64,000 nucleotides of DNA from a virus (Duplodnaviria; Caudoviricetes), in the IMG/VR virus record IMGVR_UViG_3300037041_001930; one strand, given 5' to 3'. Shown in pieces: positions 29,240 through 38,565 of the stretch (the first letter of the stretch is position 1; each line of letters starts with the position of its first letter). A program made the translations under genes and the position numbers. The notes under the pieces were generated by a model. It worked only from the letters and a program-made list of their open reading frames with translations, did not search any database and was not told where the DNA came from.

Positions 29240-30709
29240 TCATGCCTTCGGTGGCTGGAGCGCTGCGCTGAACTGGGAAGCCAGAGCGTTGGCACTCGGA
29301 GGAATCACACTTGCTGCTGGAGCCGTAGGGGCTGGTGCGGGGGGTGCTGCGGGAGCCGGGGCTGCAGGTGCCGCTGGGGCCGGCCAGGGGTTCGCAGGAG
29401 CCGCTGGGGCTGCGGGGGCCACGGGTGCCGCCGGGGCTGGCCAGGGGTTCGCCGGAGCCGCTGGGGCTGCCGGAGCCGCCGGGGCTGGCCAGGGGTTCGC
29501 CGGAGCCGCTGGGGCTGCCGGAGCCACGGGATTACCCCATGGAGCCGCTGGGGCCACTGGAGCCGCGGGCGGGGTCTGCCAGGTATTCGCTGGGGCCGCT
29601 GGGGGTGCCATGGGAGCCGCGGGGGCCGCATGATTACCCCAGGGGGCCGCCGGAGCCGGGGCCTGCGGAGGGTAGCCAGATGGGGCTTGGGGGTAGCCAG
29701 CTGGAGCCGGGGCTTGTGGGTAACCAGATGGGGCCTGGGGAGGATACCCCGTGGCCATCTGGGGCAGCGGGATCCCCAGACGTGCGATGTCATCACCGAA
29801 GGCTTCGGCGACGAGCACGGGTCCAAACGCGGACACCATCTTCTTGATGTGGTCATCGCGGGTGAACCGCAGGAAGCAGTCTTCCCAGGGATGCCATGCC
29901 GACCGGCAGAAATCATCGGGGATCGGCGATGGCGCATAGTTGATCAGAGTGGGGGTGACTCCTTTGGGGAAGTAGAGCTGTGGCATCCCCGGGAACTGCA
30001 TGACATTCCCGTTGTAGTCACAGAGACCACACTGCATCGAGGCCTGCTCCTGCCCAGGCAGGGTCTTCGGAGGCAGGCCCCAGAACTTGACGTAGCAACC
30101 ACCCGATGGGCTGAAGATATCGATACCAGCCAGATAGGCAGCTTTGGCAATGGCATCAAACGATGTGAAAGCTGACTGCTTGAGGACGATCGCAGTGTTG
30201 GTCTGCATCTGGGCAAGGGCGGCATTGTTGGCCATGATCACGACGCCTTGTGCGAAGTGCATGCTGCCTGGGTTATCCAGTGCACCCGGGCGATCCCCTT
30301 GCCGTTTCGCCAACGCGGCCTGGAGAATGGGCACGATCATGGGATTGATCTGGCCCTTCTTGAGGCGCCCCTTGAGCTGGATGAAGAGACCGGACCAAGG
30401 CAGGTTGGGTTCATCGGTGACGAGATCAACGCGACCATCCATGCCCAGGGGGCGGACGAGGCCAGTGAAGAGATTGGCGGTACCCGCGGCGACGGCAACA
30501 CGTTCAAACCAGAAGTTCGAGTAATCGATGCCTTGGGCATCGACGACACGTGCCATGGGATACGGGGTGCCATCGGGGGCCATCTCGGGCAGGAACCGAA
30601 CGATGGAGACCGCGTTGGTCTTCGGCGTGAAGGCTTGAAGCGTGCCGGGCTTGAAGCAGTGTTGGTAGAAGTCGCCTTTTTCAGACGAATTGTAGGACGG
30701 AGCGCGCAT
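29240..30709 (-). CDS. putative ssDNA-binding protein (T4 gp32-like) with Pro/Ala-rich C-terminal repeats
   Basis: VRFLP near N-terminus, position between polA and recA, C-terminal ~150 aa of PAAP/GYP/NPWP repeats. Confidence 0.6.
   Translation of the reverse strand: MRAPSYNSSEKGDFYQHCFKPGTLQAFTPKTNAVSIVRFLPEMAPDGTPYPMARVVDAQGIDYSNFWFERVAVAAGTANLFTGLVRPLGMDGRVDLVTDEPNLPWSGLFIQLKGRLKKGQINPMIVPILQAALAKRQGDRPGALDNPGSMHFAQGVVIMANNAALAQMQTNTAIVLKQSAFTSFDAIAKAAYLAGIDIFSPSGGCYVKFWGLPPKTLPGQEQASMQCGLCDYNGNVMQFPGMPQLYFPKGVTPTLINYAPSPIPDDFCRSAWHPWEDCFLRFTRDDHIKKMVSAFGPVLVAEAFGDDIARLGIPLPQMATGYPPQAPSGYPQAPAPAGYPQAPSGYPPQAPAPAAPWGNHAAPAAPMAPPAAPANTWQTPPAAPVAPAAPWGNPVAPAAPAAPANPWPAPAAPAAPAAPANPWPAPAAPVAPAAPAAPANPWPAPAAPAAPAPAAPPAPAPTAPAASVIPPSANALASQFSAALQPPKA
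29330..29760 (-). repeat. coding low-complexity tandem repeats (APAAPAAPANPWP; GYPQAP)
   Basis: Near-exact units such as GGGGCTGGCCAGGGGTTCGCCGGAGCCGCTGGGGCTGCCGGAGCC, about three copies. Confidence 0.85.
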
Positions 30710-30803
30710 GTTTTTCCTTTGTTGTCGGGGTTGATTTGACGCTTCCCCTGCCGAATTGCGCTACGGCAGGGGACCTCCAGAACGTAACTGGGTTTACTCA
30801 CAG

Positions 30804-33800
30804 TCAAGCCGCACCGAGCAGCGAGACGACTTCAGCCTTGGGAAGTTTTACACCCCAACGCTTGAAGATTTCAATGTCGACTCCGAGGTTCTTATCTGTC
30901 CCCGGAATCTTGCAGGCGGTGCCCATACAGAACTTGATGACCTGCACCATCTGGGGCACCGAGGGGATTGGAACCTGGAACAGGAAGGCGTCATGGATCG
31001 GCAAGATGATGCTGTACCCAAGAGCCTTCCCGATCTCGGTGCGATACCTGAATCGGTATAGGTTGATTCCTGCTAGACTGAGAAGGAATGCCACAGATCC
31101 CTGAATGGGACTATTCGAGGCCTGGCGACGCGCCGCGGCCTGCTGTGACCTCGAGAGCTGGTGCACACCGGTGAAGTACCGGCGACGACGGGCGCAGTCT
31201 TCCACCCATCCGTTCTCGATCGCTGAATCCATGTTGGCTTGCATCCATTTCCAGGCCACTGCAAACCGCTTGGCGAACCCGTCGATAAGACCCTGTGTTT
31301 CATCTTGTGTGATCGAAACACCTGCCTTACCGATTTCACGTGTTAAAGCACGTGCACCTCTTCCGTATAAAATCCCAAAATTAACTGTTTTACTGGCATC
31401 TCTGAAATCCTTGTACGACTTCTTGAACTTGTCACACCACTTGTCGTATGGGCACCCCTTGGTGACCACTCCACCATCTAAGACAGCGATCGCGGCCTCC
31501 ATTTCAGCGAGCAGGGGTAGCTTGAAAGCCACGCATGCCATTTCCGAGTGGAGATCACGCCCCTGCTGCACAATCGCGGTGAGCACGGGATCCCCGGAGG
31601 CATAAGCCAACTGGGCGAGCTCCGCGGTCTGAAAGTCGGCCTCGATGAGGACGTAGCCTTCAGGGGCTACAAGGCAGGACTTATAGCTCGGGATCTTGAG
31701 ACGTTTGTCAGATGGGATCCAGGAACCATCCGTGGGAACCTTGTCGTCATCGGTCCTACGTTTGTACTCTTTGACATCGCAGCCAACGAAGTAATCCACG
31801 AACACCGCGAAGGCTTCAGACTCCTGACGTTTCGGAGACGTCTGGAGATTGGGCTTCGATGACCGGTATCGATGGGTTTCCGAGGTCTGCCAAAGATGGG
31901 TTCTTACGCGCCCATCCCGGTAGATGTTGTTATGGATCCCTTTGCCATCACAGGGAACCCCGAACTCGTTGATCTCGATGGCGTGGAGATAGTCCCGCAA
32001 GAACTTGCCAAGGATGAGGACCTGCTGGAGGTACTTGATCTCATCGCAGGGGTGCTTGAGGTACAGGAGATCCAGGGATTCCGATTTCGTCGAGGGGGTG
32101 TGTCGATCCGCGACTCCTGCTGCCAGGATCTCTTCCCAGTCACGGGGGTACTTATCCGTATTCGATATCGGAGTCAGTCCTGTGAGGACACGTGCCCCCG
32201 GGGGGACCACATGGGGCTTCTTGTCCCTGAACACGCAGTCGCTGAACAAGAGCATGAGAACCTGATCCTTGGACCCCGGGTTGAATGCCGGCCAGTTCAA
32301 CAACTCCCTTAGCTTGACTAGAATGGCGTCGTGCACGGGTTGATAGATGCCTCTGAGCTCAGTACGCCTGGCCTCATCGACAAGGATGCCCTGTCGTTCG
32401 ACATCGAGGAGATGAAGGGAGGTCGGCGCAGTAATGTTCTTGTAGATCTCGAACAAGTGAGCGTTCTCGGGTTTCGCGAATAAGTCGAGGAGGGCATGTA
32501 AGGCCTCCCAGGTCACCGCGACGTCGTCCATGCTGTACGGGATCAGGATTTCATCGGGGATATTGCGATACCCGAAGTCAAGGTTGGACTCTCGTCCATT
32601 CTCAGTCAACCAGTCCTGCAGGGGCTTCCAGTAGTTTCCAAACTGGGGCGCAAACTTGCGAGTCAGGACTTCCAGGCCTTGGTCATCATCCCCGAATAGG
32701 AGATGGTGCATCAGCATGGTATCGTAACCTGACTCCAACTTGTCATCGACGTTGAACTCCATCTCGGAGAGGCGTTGGATGTCAACACGGAGGTGGTGAC
32801 CTGCCAGGCGCACCTTGGGGTGCTCGAACAGGGCACGCATGGACTCCATGGCCTCACCGATCTCGGCTTCAGTCATGAAGGCGTGGCCCTGACAACCATA
32901 GAAACCGAAGTAAGCTGCCTCACCCCGGTTCCAGGCGATCTGGACACTGAGCGTGTAGACGTCTTCCTCTCGAGCCGAGTCGTTGCCGAACTCGGTATCG
33001 AAAACGACGACCTCGACTTCGCCGGATTCCACCTTGGCGATGACCTCCTTGCACGTCGCCGCGATCTCCCCTGGAGACGTGCATACCCGGTACTTGGAGC
33101 GGTCGACGTGGACCTTGTTGACCCCGTTAAAGATCAGGAAGTCACGTGCACGCTCCAGGTAACTCCGGAAGACATCAAGTGAGGCATGCCCATACGCGAA
33201 CTGGTTATGGCTGGGGATCACGAGGACCTCGATGCCATGCCAGTTATGGAACTGGCCCTCATAGTTGTCCATCTTGGCATTACGCCCAAACAGACCCTTG
33301 AGGGCCTCGGATCCACTCGCGATGATCAACCTGGGGTTAAGCCCCAGGATGTCAGCCCTGAACAAGGCAGCATTCGACTTCTTGTGGGCCTCGCGATACG
33401 AGGTCATGCCTTCACCAAGTGGGAACCGAATCGATGCTGTGAGGAAGACATCCTTGAGGTTGAGTCCTGAACCCGCGATCTCATTTCGCAACCAGAGACC
33501 GACTTCATCGCTGAGGTGGCTCTGGATACCGAGATCCTCCCGGGTCGCCGGGGGTGTGATGTAGACCACGGGGACCCCCTTTCTCCACTCATACACCGGG
33601 GGGTTGTCAAGAATACACCCGGGGAGATGCACGGGTTGCCCGGAGACTTTTACCTCGGGCAGCGGAATCATCCTGTTACAGATGTAATGCGCAACCTGTT
33701 CCTCGGAGAGATCGGGACGAATGCTCCGAACTGCTGCGAGATGCTCGGGATCGAGGTCAATGACCTCGGCGACCACAGAGCGCGTGGTCGCCTGTGTTTT

Positions 33801-33821
33801 AGTGTCAGCCAAGGTGCGCAC
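30804..33821 (-). CDS. polA: family A DNA polymerase with N-terminal UDG-like domain and 3'-5' exonuclease
   Basis: Exo VFDTEFG, HLRVDI, YSMDD; motif A EADFQTAEL, motif B RDASKTVNFGILYG, motif C IHDAF; N-term NPRLIIASGSEALKGL (family-4 UDG-like). Confidence 0.95.
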   Translation of the reverse strand: MRTLADTKTQATTRSVVAEVIDLDPEHLAAVRSIRPDLSEEQVAHYICNRMIPLPEVKVSGQPVHLPGCILDNPPVYEWRKGVPVVYITPPATREDLGIQSHLSDEVGLWLRNEIAGSGLNLKDVFLTASIRFPLGEGMTSYREAHKKSNAALFRADILGLNPRLIIASGSEALKGLFGRNAKMDNYEGQFHNWHGIEVLVIPSHNQFAYGHASLDVFRSYLERARDFLIFNGVNKVHVDRSKYRVCTSPGEIAATCKEVIAKVESGEVEVVVFDTEFGNDSAREEDVYTLSVQIAWNRGEAAYFGFYGCQGHAFMTEAEIGEAMESMRALFEHPKVRLAGHHLRVDIQRLSEMEFNVDDKLESGYDTMLMHHLLFGDDDQGLEVLTRKFAPQFGNYWKPLQDWLTENGRESNLDFGYRNIPDEILIPYSMDDVAVTWEALHALLDLFAKPENAHLFEIYKNITAPTSLHLLDVERQGILVDEARRTELRGIYQPVHDAILVKLRELLNWPAFNPGSKDQVLMLLFSDCVFRDKKPHVVPPGARVLTGLTPISNTDKYPRDWEEILAAGVADRHTPSTKSESLDLLYLKHPCDEIKYLQQVLILGKFLRDYLHAIEINEFGVPCDGKGIHNNIYRDGRVRTHLWQTSETHRYRSSKPNLQTSPKRQESEAFAVFVDYFVGCDVKEYKRRTDDDKVPTDGSWIPSDKRLKIPSYKSCLVAPEGYVLIEADFQTAELAQLAYASGDPVLTAIVQQGRDLHSEMACVAFKLPLLAEMEAAIAVLDGGVVTKGCPYDKWCDKFKKSYKDFRDASKTVNFGILYGRGARALTREIGKAGVSITQDETQGLIDGFAKRFAVAWKWMQANMDSAIENGWVEDCARRRRYFTGVHQLSRSQQAAARRQASNSPIQGSVAFLLSLAGINLYRFRYRTEIGKALGYSIILPIHDAFLFQVPIPSVPQMVQVIKFCMGTACKIPGTDKNLGVDIEIFKRWGVKLPKAEVVSLLGAA

Positions 33822-35025
33822 TCCTATGGGAAGCCGGCAGGGCTTGCAGGAGACCCCGCATGACAGCCCAACCGAGGTCAGCGGGATCCGGAACCTTCAA
33901 TCTCTGCGATTTCTCCATCTTGGGGATCATGCCGTCTTGTTCATCCCTGCGTTGCTTCATCGCGGCATTCGCAGCCGCCATGACCTCAGGTGGATACTTG
34001 AGCAGCATTGCCGGGATCCGGAGCCCAGCTCTATCCAGGCGCTCCTTGAGCTCCTGGGCAAAGATACGACCGTTATCCGCGGGGTCATACTTGACCCCCT
34101 TCTTACGCCGTGTCGTGGGATCCGGGATCATGGTCTCGGGATCCAAGGCGATGACTGCCGTCTTGAAGTCCCTGACGATGAGACTGATCCGTCTGGGGTC
34201 GAGTTCCTTGCCAAAGATCGCAGTAGCCGTGGGGCCGCTGGCAATCGAGGCCGGGATGCCCTCTGTGATCACGACAACATCCCCGCGTTGGCGCGGCAAG
34301 TTGTCCCAGTTGTATAACACCTTCCTGAATCCAGTCGGGAAGTACCACCTCTGGGAACACAGGGGATCCAGAGATCTGCCTTGCCAGGACACCCACTTAC
34401 CATCTTGCTGGATGGGGAAGATGATTCGGTTGTACGCCGCGGGGTACTTGGGGTCTGGGGTAGAGCAATACCCGACCTTGAAGTAATCACTGATGACGTC
34501 GGGGTCGAAACCATACTTCTTCACCACGAACTCCCGCGCGGGGTGCCCACTGGGGAGGTCCCGCAGGAACAAGACACCACTGGGGAGATCCTGGGTAACC
34601 GGGACCTCGGGTCCATTCTGCTTAGAAGTCTGTGAACTCATGATACGTGCCACAGAGAACCCGACGAGATCTGGGTTCTTTTTCAGGTAGTCTTCTATGG
34701 CAGCATAAGCGGGATGCGTGTGAAACCTGCAGCCCTCATTATGACACTTGTACAAGTACCTGAGGATCTCTGGCGCAATGTTACGATCCAATGGGGTCAA
34801 GAGACGATGCCCGATTTCAAGTCGGTACCTGTCGTCTCCGCACACCGGACAGCACACATAATACTGCTCACCTCCATAGTCGATTTTTGGGACTCGCGGT
34901 GTCTTCGTGAGATCCCACGACCATCTCGCGTTCTCGCCCTCGGATGTCACCCTGACCTTCCCGAATACGGAGGTCAGGGCATCGAAGAGCGCAGGGTTTT
35001 TTACTGTGCCTACTGCGTCTGCCAT
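33805..35025 (-). CDS. dnaG: DnaG-like DNA primase
   Basis: Zn finger CPVC..CHNEGC, RIIFPI..WQGR, TOPRIM VITEG..IALDPE, DPADLG. Confidence 0.88.
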   Translation of the reverse strand: MADAVGTVKNPALFDALTSVFGKVRVTSEGENARWSWDLTKTPRVPKIDYGGEQYYVCCPVCGDDRYRLEIGHRLLTPLDRNIAPEILRYLYKCHNEGCRFHTHPAYAAIEDYLKKNPDLVGFSVARIMSSQTSKQNGPEVPVTQDLPSGVLFLRDLPSGHPAREFVVKKYGFDPDVISDYFKVGYCSTPDPKYPAAYNRIIFPIQQDGKWVSWQGRSLDPLCSQRWYFPTGFRKVLYNWDNLPRQRGDVVVITEGIPASIASGPTATAIFGKELDPRRISLIVRDFKTAVIALDPETMIPDPTTRRKKGVKYDPADNGRIFAQELKERLDRAGLRIPAMLLKYPPEVMAAANAAMKQRRDEQDGMIPKMEKSQRLKVPDPADLGWAVMRGLLQALPASHRSAHLG

Positions 35026-35033
35026 GTCTCCTC

Positions 35034-36500
35034 CTATTCTTTGGGGACAGTGTGTTTGTTGTTATCCGCTGAGTTGCGGGCAATCCGCCCATTGGCTACC
35101 GAGAAATCCTTGGATTCCTCAAAAGACGCGAACTCCCCTGTGTGGCGTAGGACCACCCGGTCACTACCACGGAGTGGCTTATCATTACGAGCCTTGGGTA
35201 CCCCGAGGATCTGGCACCCAGTCTTGGACTCACGTGGACCAATGGTCACAAAATATCGAAGTGGAACCTGGAAGTTTGTACGCGAATCCGCGGCGCAATA
35301 CTGATCGAAATCATAGAACGGCCCTCTACGCGCGGCATCGCCCCCCATCTGGTGAGATAACACGACGCAGATGTTATACTTCTGGGCGATCTCGGCTGCC
35401 CAGGTGGCTATGAATGAGGTCGGACGCCGGAGGTCGTCGGATTCCCATTTGTTGCCCCGAAACTTTCTGGCCTTCGCCATTTCACCCATGGCACCTGCCC
35501 AATCAAAGTAGGCGATACGAAATCTGCCATCCCCATCCCCAGCCGCGGCTTCGATGGCGGTCTCAACACTGGTGAGATCGCCGTCGTGATCATTCACGAG
35601 GTCCACAAACTTGACATTGTCCTGGAGCTTCTTCAGGCGATCTAAGGTGATATCACGATCGAGCTTCATGGCTATGGCTGCCTTGATTACGTCATCCCCG
35701 TGATCCAGCAAAACATTCGTCGAGATCCCCAGTGTGCACGCCAACACATTTCTGCGGTAGTCGGCATCCATGCCTTGTTCTGCGATAGCCATAATCGCTG
35801 GTCTCCCCATCATGGCCTGCGCAATCACGATCTGATTCCCCAGAGTAGTCTTACCACCACCACCGGGGGCGACGAGCCCCATGGCGGCGCTCTGGACCAG
35901 ACCACGCCCACCACCAACCCGGACATCGAGGAAATCAATGCCGGAGAGAACACGCGCAACCTGTTCAGCCTTCTCATAGGGGTTAAACGAAGTGCTCGGA
36001 GCACTAAAAGCACGAGAGCGCTCCATATCCAGGGCTGTCGACCTCTTCGAGAGCTCACTCAAGAAGTTGTCGCTGTTCTGGTTTCTCTGGGCCTCTTCGA
36101 TTAACGCCCTGGCTTGAGCATCAAACCGACACGTCCGGATCATGTGCTCATATAACGCCTTGGCCAACTTTGCACTGCTGTCGGTTACCGTTGGCATAAA
36201 CACATTTACAAAATTATCAGTATTGTTCTTAAAAGCCGCGGCCTCTGGTGAATACGGATTCAGGAACCGCTGGGCCAAACCAACAATCTCAGCCTCAAAT
36301 GCTGGCCTATCCGGAGGAGCCTTGTACTTTTCAAAATAGGCCTGGATAGTGGAGAATGCTGCCGAGCACCAGTAATCACATCCTATCGGCTCCGACGTGA
36401 ACCACTCGGATTGTAGGTTCGCCGAAGCATCCTTGCAAAACTTGGCACTGTATAACATGTGCCCTATTACGATGTAGTAGTGTTGAGGTGTAAAGCTCAT
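35034..36500 (-). CDS. dnaB: DnaB-like replicative helicase
   Basis: APGGGGKTT, IAEQG, YFDW, SHQM, PKARN; adjacent to primase. Confidence 0.8.
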   Translation of the reverse strand: MSFTPQHYYIVIGHMLYSAKFCKDASANLQSEWFTSEPIGCDYWCSAAFSTIQAYFEKYKAPPDRPAFEAEIVGLAQRFLNPYSPEAAAFKNNTDNFVNVFMPTVTDSSAKLAKALYEHMIRTCRFDAQARALIEEAQRNQNSDNFLSELSKRSTALDMERSRAFSAPSTSFNPYEKAEQVARVLSGIDFLDVRVGGGRGLVQSAAMGLVAPGGGGKTTLGNQIVIAQAMMGRPAIMAIAEQGMDADYRRNVLACTLGISTNVLLDHGDDVIKAAIAMKLDRDITLDRLKKLQDNVKFVDLVNDHDGDLTSVETAIEAAAGDGDGRFRIAYFDWAGAMGEMAKARKFRGNKWESDDLRRPTSFIATWAAEIAQKYNICVVLSHQMGGDAARRGPFYDFDQYCAADSRTNFQVPLRYFVTIGPRESKTGCQILGVPKARNDKPLRGSDRVVLRHTGEFASFEESKDFSVANGRIARNSADNNKHTVPKE

Positions 36501-37090
36501 TTGAACACCTCGCATAACTCCACAAATATCTTCGGGGCAATGGATGAAGCCAGGAACTCGCGTCGAGCCTCCTCGCGGCATGCCTCGGCGATGCCTGGCA
36601 GTTTATGGTGTGTCGCCATGGTGAACCTCATCAGGGGTGTGAACTCAAACCAAACTGTCCGAAGGATACCCTCGGGGGAGCCAATGCTGACATACCTTTT
36701 CCATCTGTCAAGCTGTAATTGGTAACGATGTAGGTCAATATCGGCTGTACTAATCAAGACATCCCTGGCACCCGTAGTCACGGTTTCAGATGCCAGGCCC
36801 TGAGGGTATAGCATGGAGCCCGTCTTGAGCAGATACCCGATCTGGGTGTTCACGAAGACCTCAGGAGATTCCCCGAGTCGCCTCGCGATCTCAGCTGCCT
36901 TAATGAAATACTTGCGCTGCTGCTTCGAGCACCCCGAGGCCCCAGGGATCACTGCACGCCTGGCCTCGACAAAGGCACGCTCAATGGCAACGGCCCCATG
37001 CTCGATTTCAGGACTCACCACGGGTTCCATCTCGGACTCAAAACCAGTCTCGACACTGGAGACTTTCTTTCTCTTATAGCCTGTCTTCAT
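36497..37090 (-). CDS. hypothetical protein (possible helicase loader by position)
   Basis: ATGA-coupled between SF2 helicase and DnaB; function inferred only from synteny. Confidence 0.6.
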   Translation of the reverse strand: MKTGYKRKKVSSVETGFESEMEPVVSPEIEHGAVAIERAFVEARRAVIPGASGCSKQQRKYFIKAAEIARRLGESPEVFVNTQIGYLLKTGSMLYPQGLASETVTTGARDVLISTADIDLHRYQLQLDRWKRYVSIGSPEGILRTVWFEFTPLMRFTMATHHKLPGIAEACREEARREFLASSIAPKIFVELCEVFK

Positions 37091-38541
37091 GATCCCACCT
37101 CGTAGATCCAGCCATTACGCTTGTAGACCTTGAAGCGATTCGCGGACCTCCCCTTCATGTCTGGACTGAAGACGTCATTGAAATCGATGAGGAGTCCATA
37201 CTCCTTTTTGCCATCGTGACCCTTACGACTCAGACGCCCGGGGACCTGACCACTCGCGATCTCAGTTGAGGTACCCTCGGCGCGGACGAGGACGTCGAGG
37301 CCCAAGAAGTTGACCCCCTTGGACCACTTGTACGTCGCGATGACTTTGCGCAGGGTGCCCGCCGAGAACTCCTTCTTCATCCGAGCACAGTCATCCTTGG
37401 ATGGCGCCGACTGGGTACCCTGCATGACACCTCTCCTACGGAGGTCGGCTTCACGTTCATCATCGACTTCTCCGGTGACAACTACGAACTCGGGTAGAGC
37501 CTGCTGGAGCAGGAAAGCATGTTCAGTCTTCTCCACCATGATCAGGATCTGGGGATCCGGGGCCTCCGTGATCTCGGCGCGTCTCACCGCATGCGCGATG
37601 AGATCATTGCGTGCCTTGTTACGCCAAAGCGCGATACGGTCCTTGGCGACCTTGTTGGTCATCCCAGAGGTATCTGGCCCAATGGCGCTCTCGTAGACCC
37701 GGTACCTGAGCTGGCAGATGTTCCCGGACTCCACGGCCTCCTGATAGGGGACGTGGTGGATCACGGGACCGAACAGGGCTTCCATGAACCCATCGGCGCC
37801 ATCACTGCGCCCCTTGGGGGTTGCCGTGAATGCCTGGAACTTGGCGCGAGGGAACCTATTGAACATGTCGATGAAGTTCGGGGTAAGTACGGCGTGGGCC
37901 TCATCGGTCATCAGCAAGTTGATGTTTGGGTCCAACTTTAACAACGAGTGTGTAACCGCTACGGTTACACGCCGCTGCTTGTGCTTACCCCCGCCCACGA
38001 TGCCCACAGAATACCCGAGCTCGGGTACCAAGGATTCGTAGATCTCCTTGGCGACATCCGTGCTCGGTACGGTGACCCCAATCATCGAATTGGGGTACGC
38101 CCTCACAATCATTCTGATGATAAAGCTCTTGCCCCACCCCGTGGGGCAGTCGATGACCCCACACCTATTGGCGAGGAGCTTACAGACCACCTCGGACTGA
38201 GAACCCCGCCAGCTAATGCCCTGGAGTCTGGCGAGATCGGGATCCGGGAGCCCGCATGGTGTGAAATCTCTGACCTCGACTTCATGGCCTTGCTTGATCA
38301 GCTCGGCATGGATCCGGTACCCGTAACCCGAATAGGTCACGAATACCGGGGTTCCATCGGGTTGGGTGTCATACCAGTACAGGGTGTGGTCTTCAGGTTT
38401 CCTGGATTGCCTCCACCCGTTTTCTGCACAGGCCTGGACTTGAATCATTCGGGTGACAATGCAGGACTTCTCGAACTGTTTGGCGAGAGGCGCAGGGCTC
38501 AGGGAGAGCATGCGCCCCAGGTATGTTAGGACTGCTTTCAT
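37087..38541 (-). CDS. SF2 DNA helicase (UvsW/XPB-like)
   Basis: CPTGWGKS, MTDEAH, TATP, GVNFLGLD, QVPGRLSR. Confidence 0.92.
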   Translation of the reverse strand: MKAVLTYLGRMLSLSPAPLAKQFEKSCIVTRMIQVQACAENGWRQSRKPEDHTLYWYDTQPDGTPVFVTYSGYGYRIHAELIKQGHEVEVRDFTPCGLPDPDLARLQGISWRGSQSEVVCKLLANRCGVIDCPTGWGKSFIIRMIVRAYPNSMIGVTVPSTDVAKEIYESLVPELGYSVGIVGGGKHKQRRVTVAVTHSLLKLDPNINLLMTDEAHAVLTPNFIDMFNRFPRAKFQAFTATPKGRSDGADGFMEALFGPVIHHVPYQEAVESGNICQLRYRVYESAIGPDTSGMTNKVAKDRIALWRNKARNDLIAHAVRRAEITEAPDPQILIMVEKTEHAFLLQQALPEFVVVTGEVDDEREADLRRRGVMQGTQSAPSKDDCARMKKEFSAGTLRKVIATYKWSKGVNFLGLDVLVRAEGTSTEIASGQVPGRLSRKGHDGKKEYGLLIDFNDVFSPDMKGRSANRFKVYKRNGWIYEVGS

Positions 38542-38565
38542 CGCGACTCCTCGCCGCAATGGACC

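Noticed and set aside
29330-29760. Tandem repeats as a possible CRISPR or guide array
   Set aside because: In-frame coding repeats inside the SSB-like gene; no unique spacers; no cas genes
29075-30175. Long plus-strand ORFs (366 aa here; also 26178..27119, 38821..39708, 39258..40298 and many shorter)
   Set aside because: Antisense shadows of well-supported GC-rich minus-strand genes; low-complexity products, no RBS or motifs
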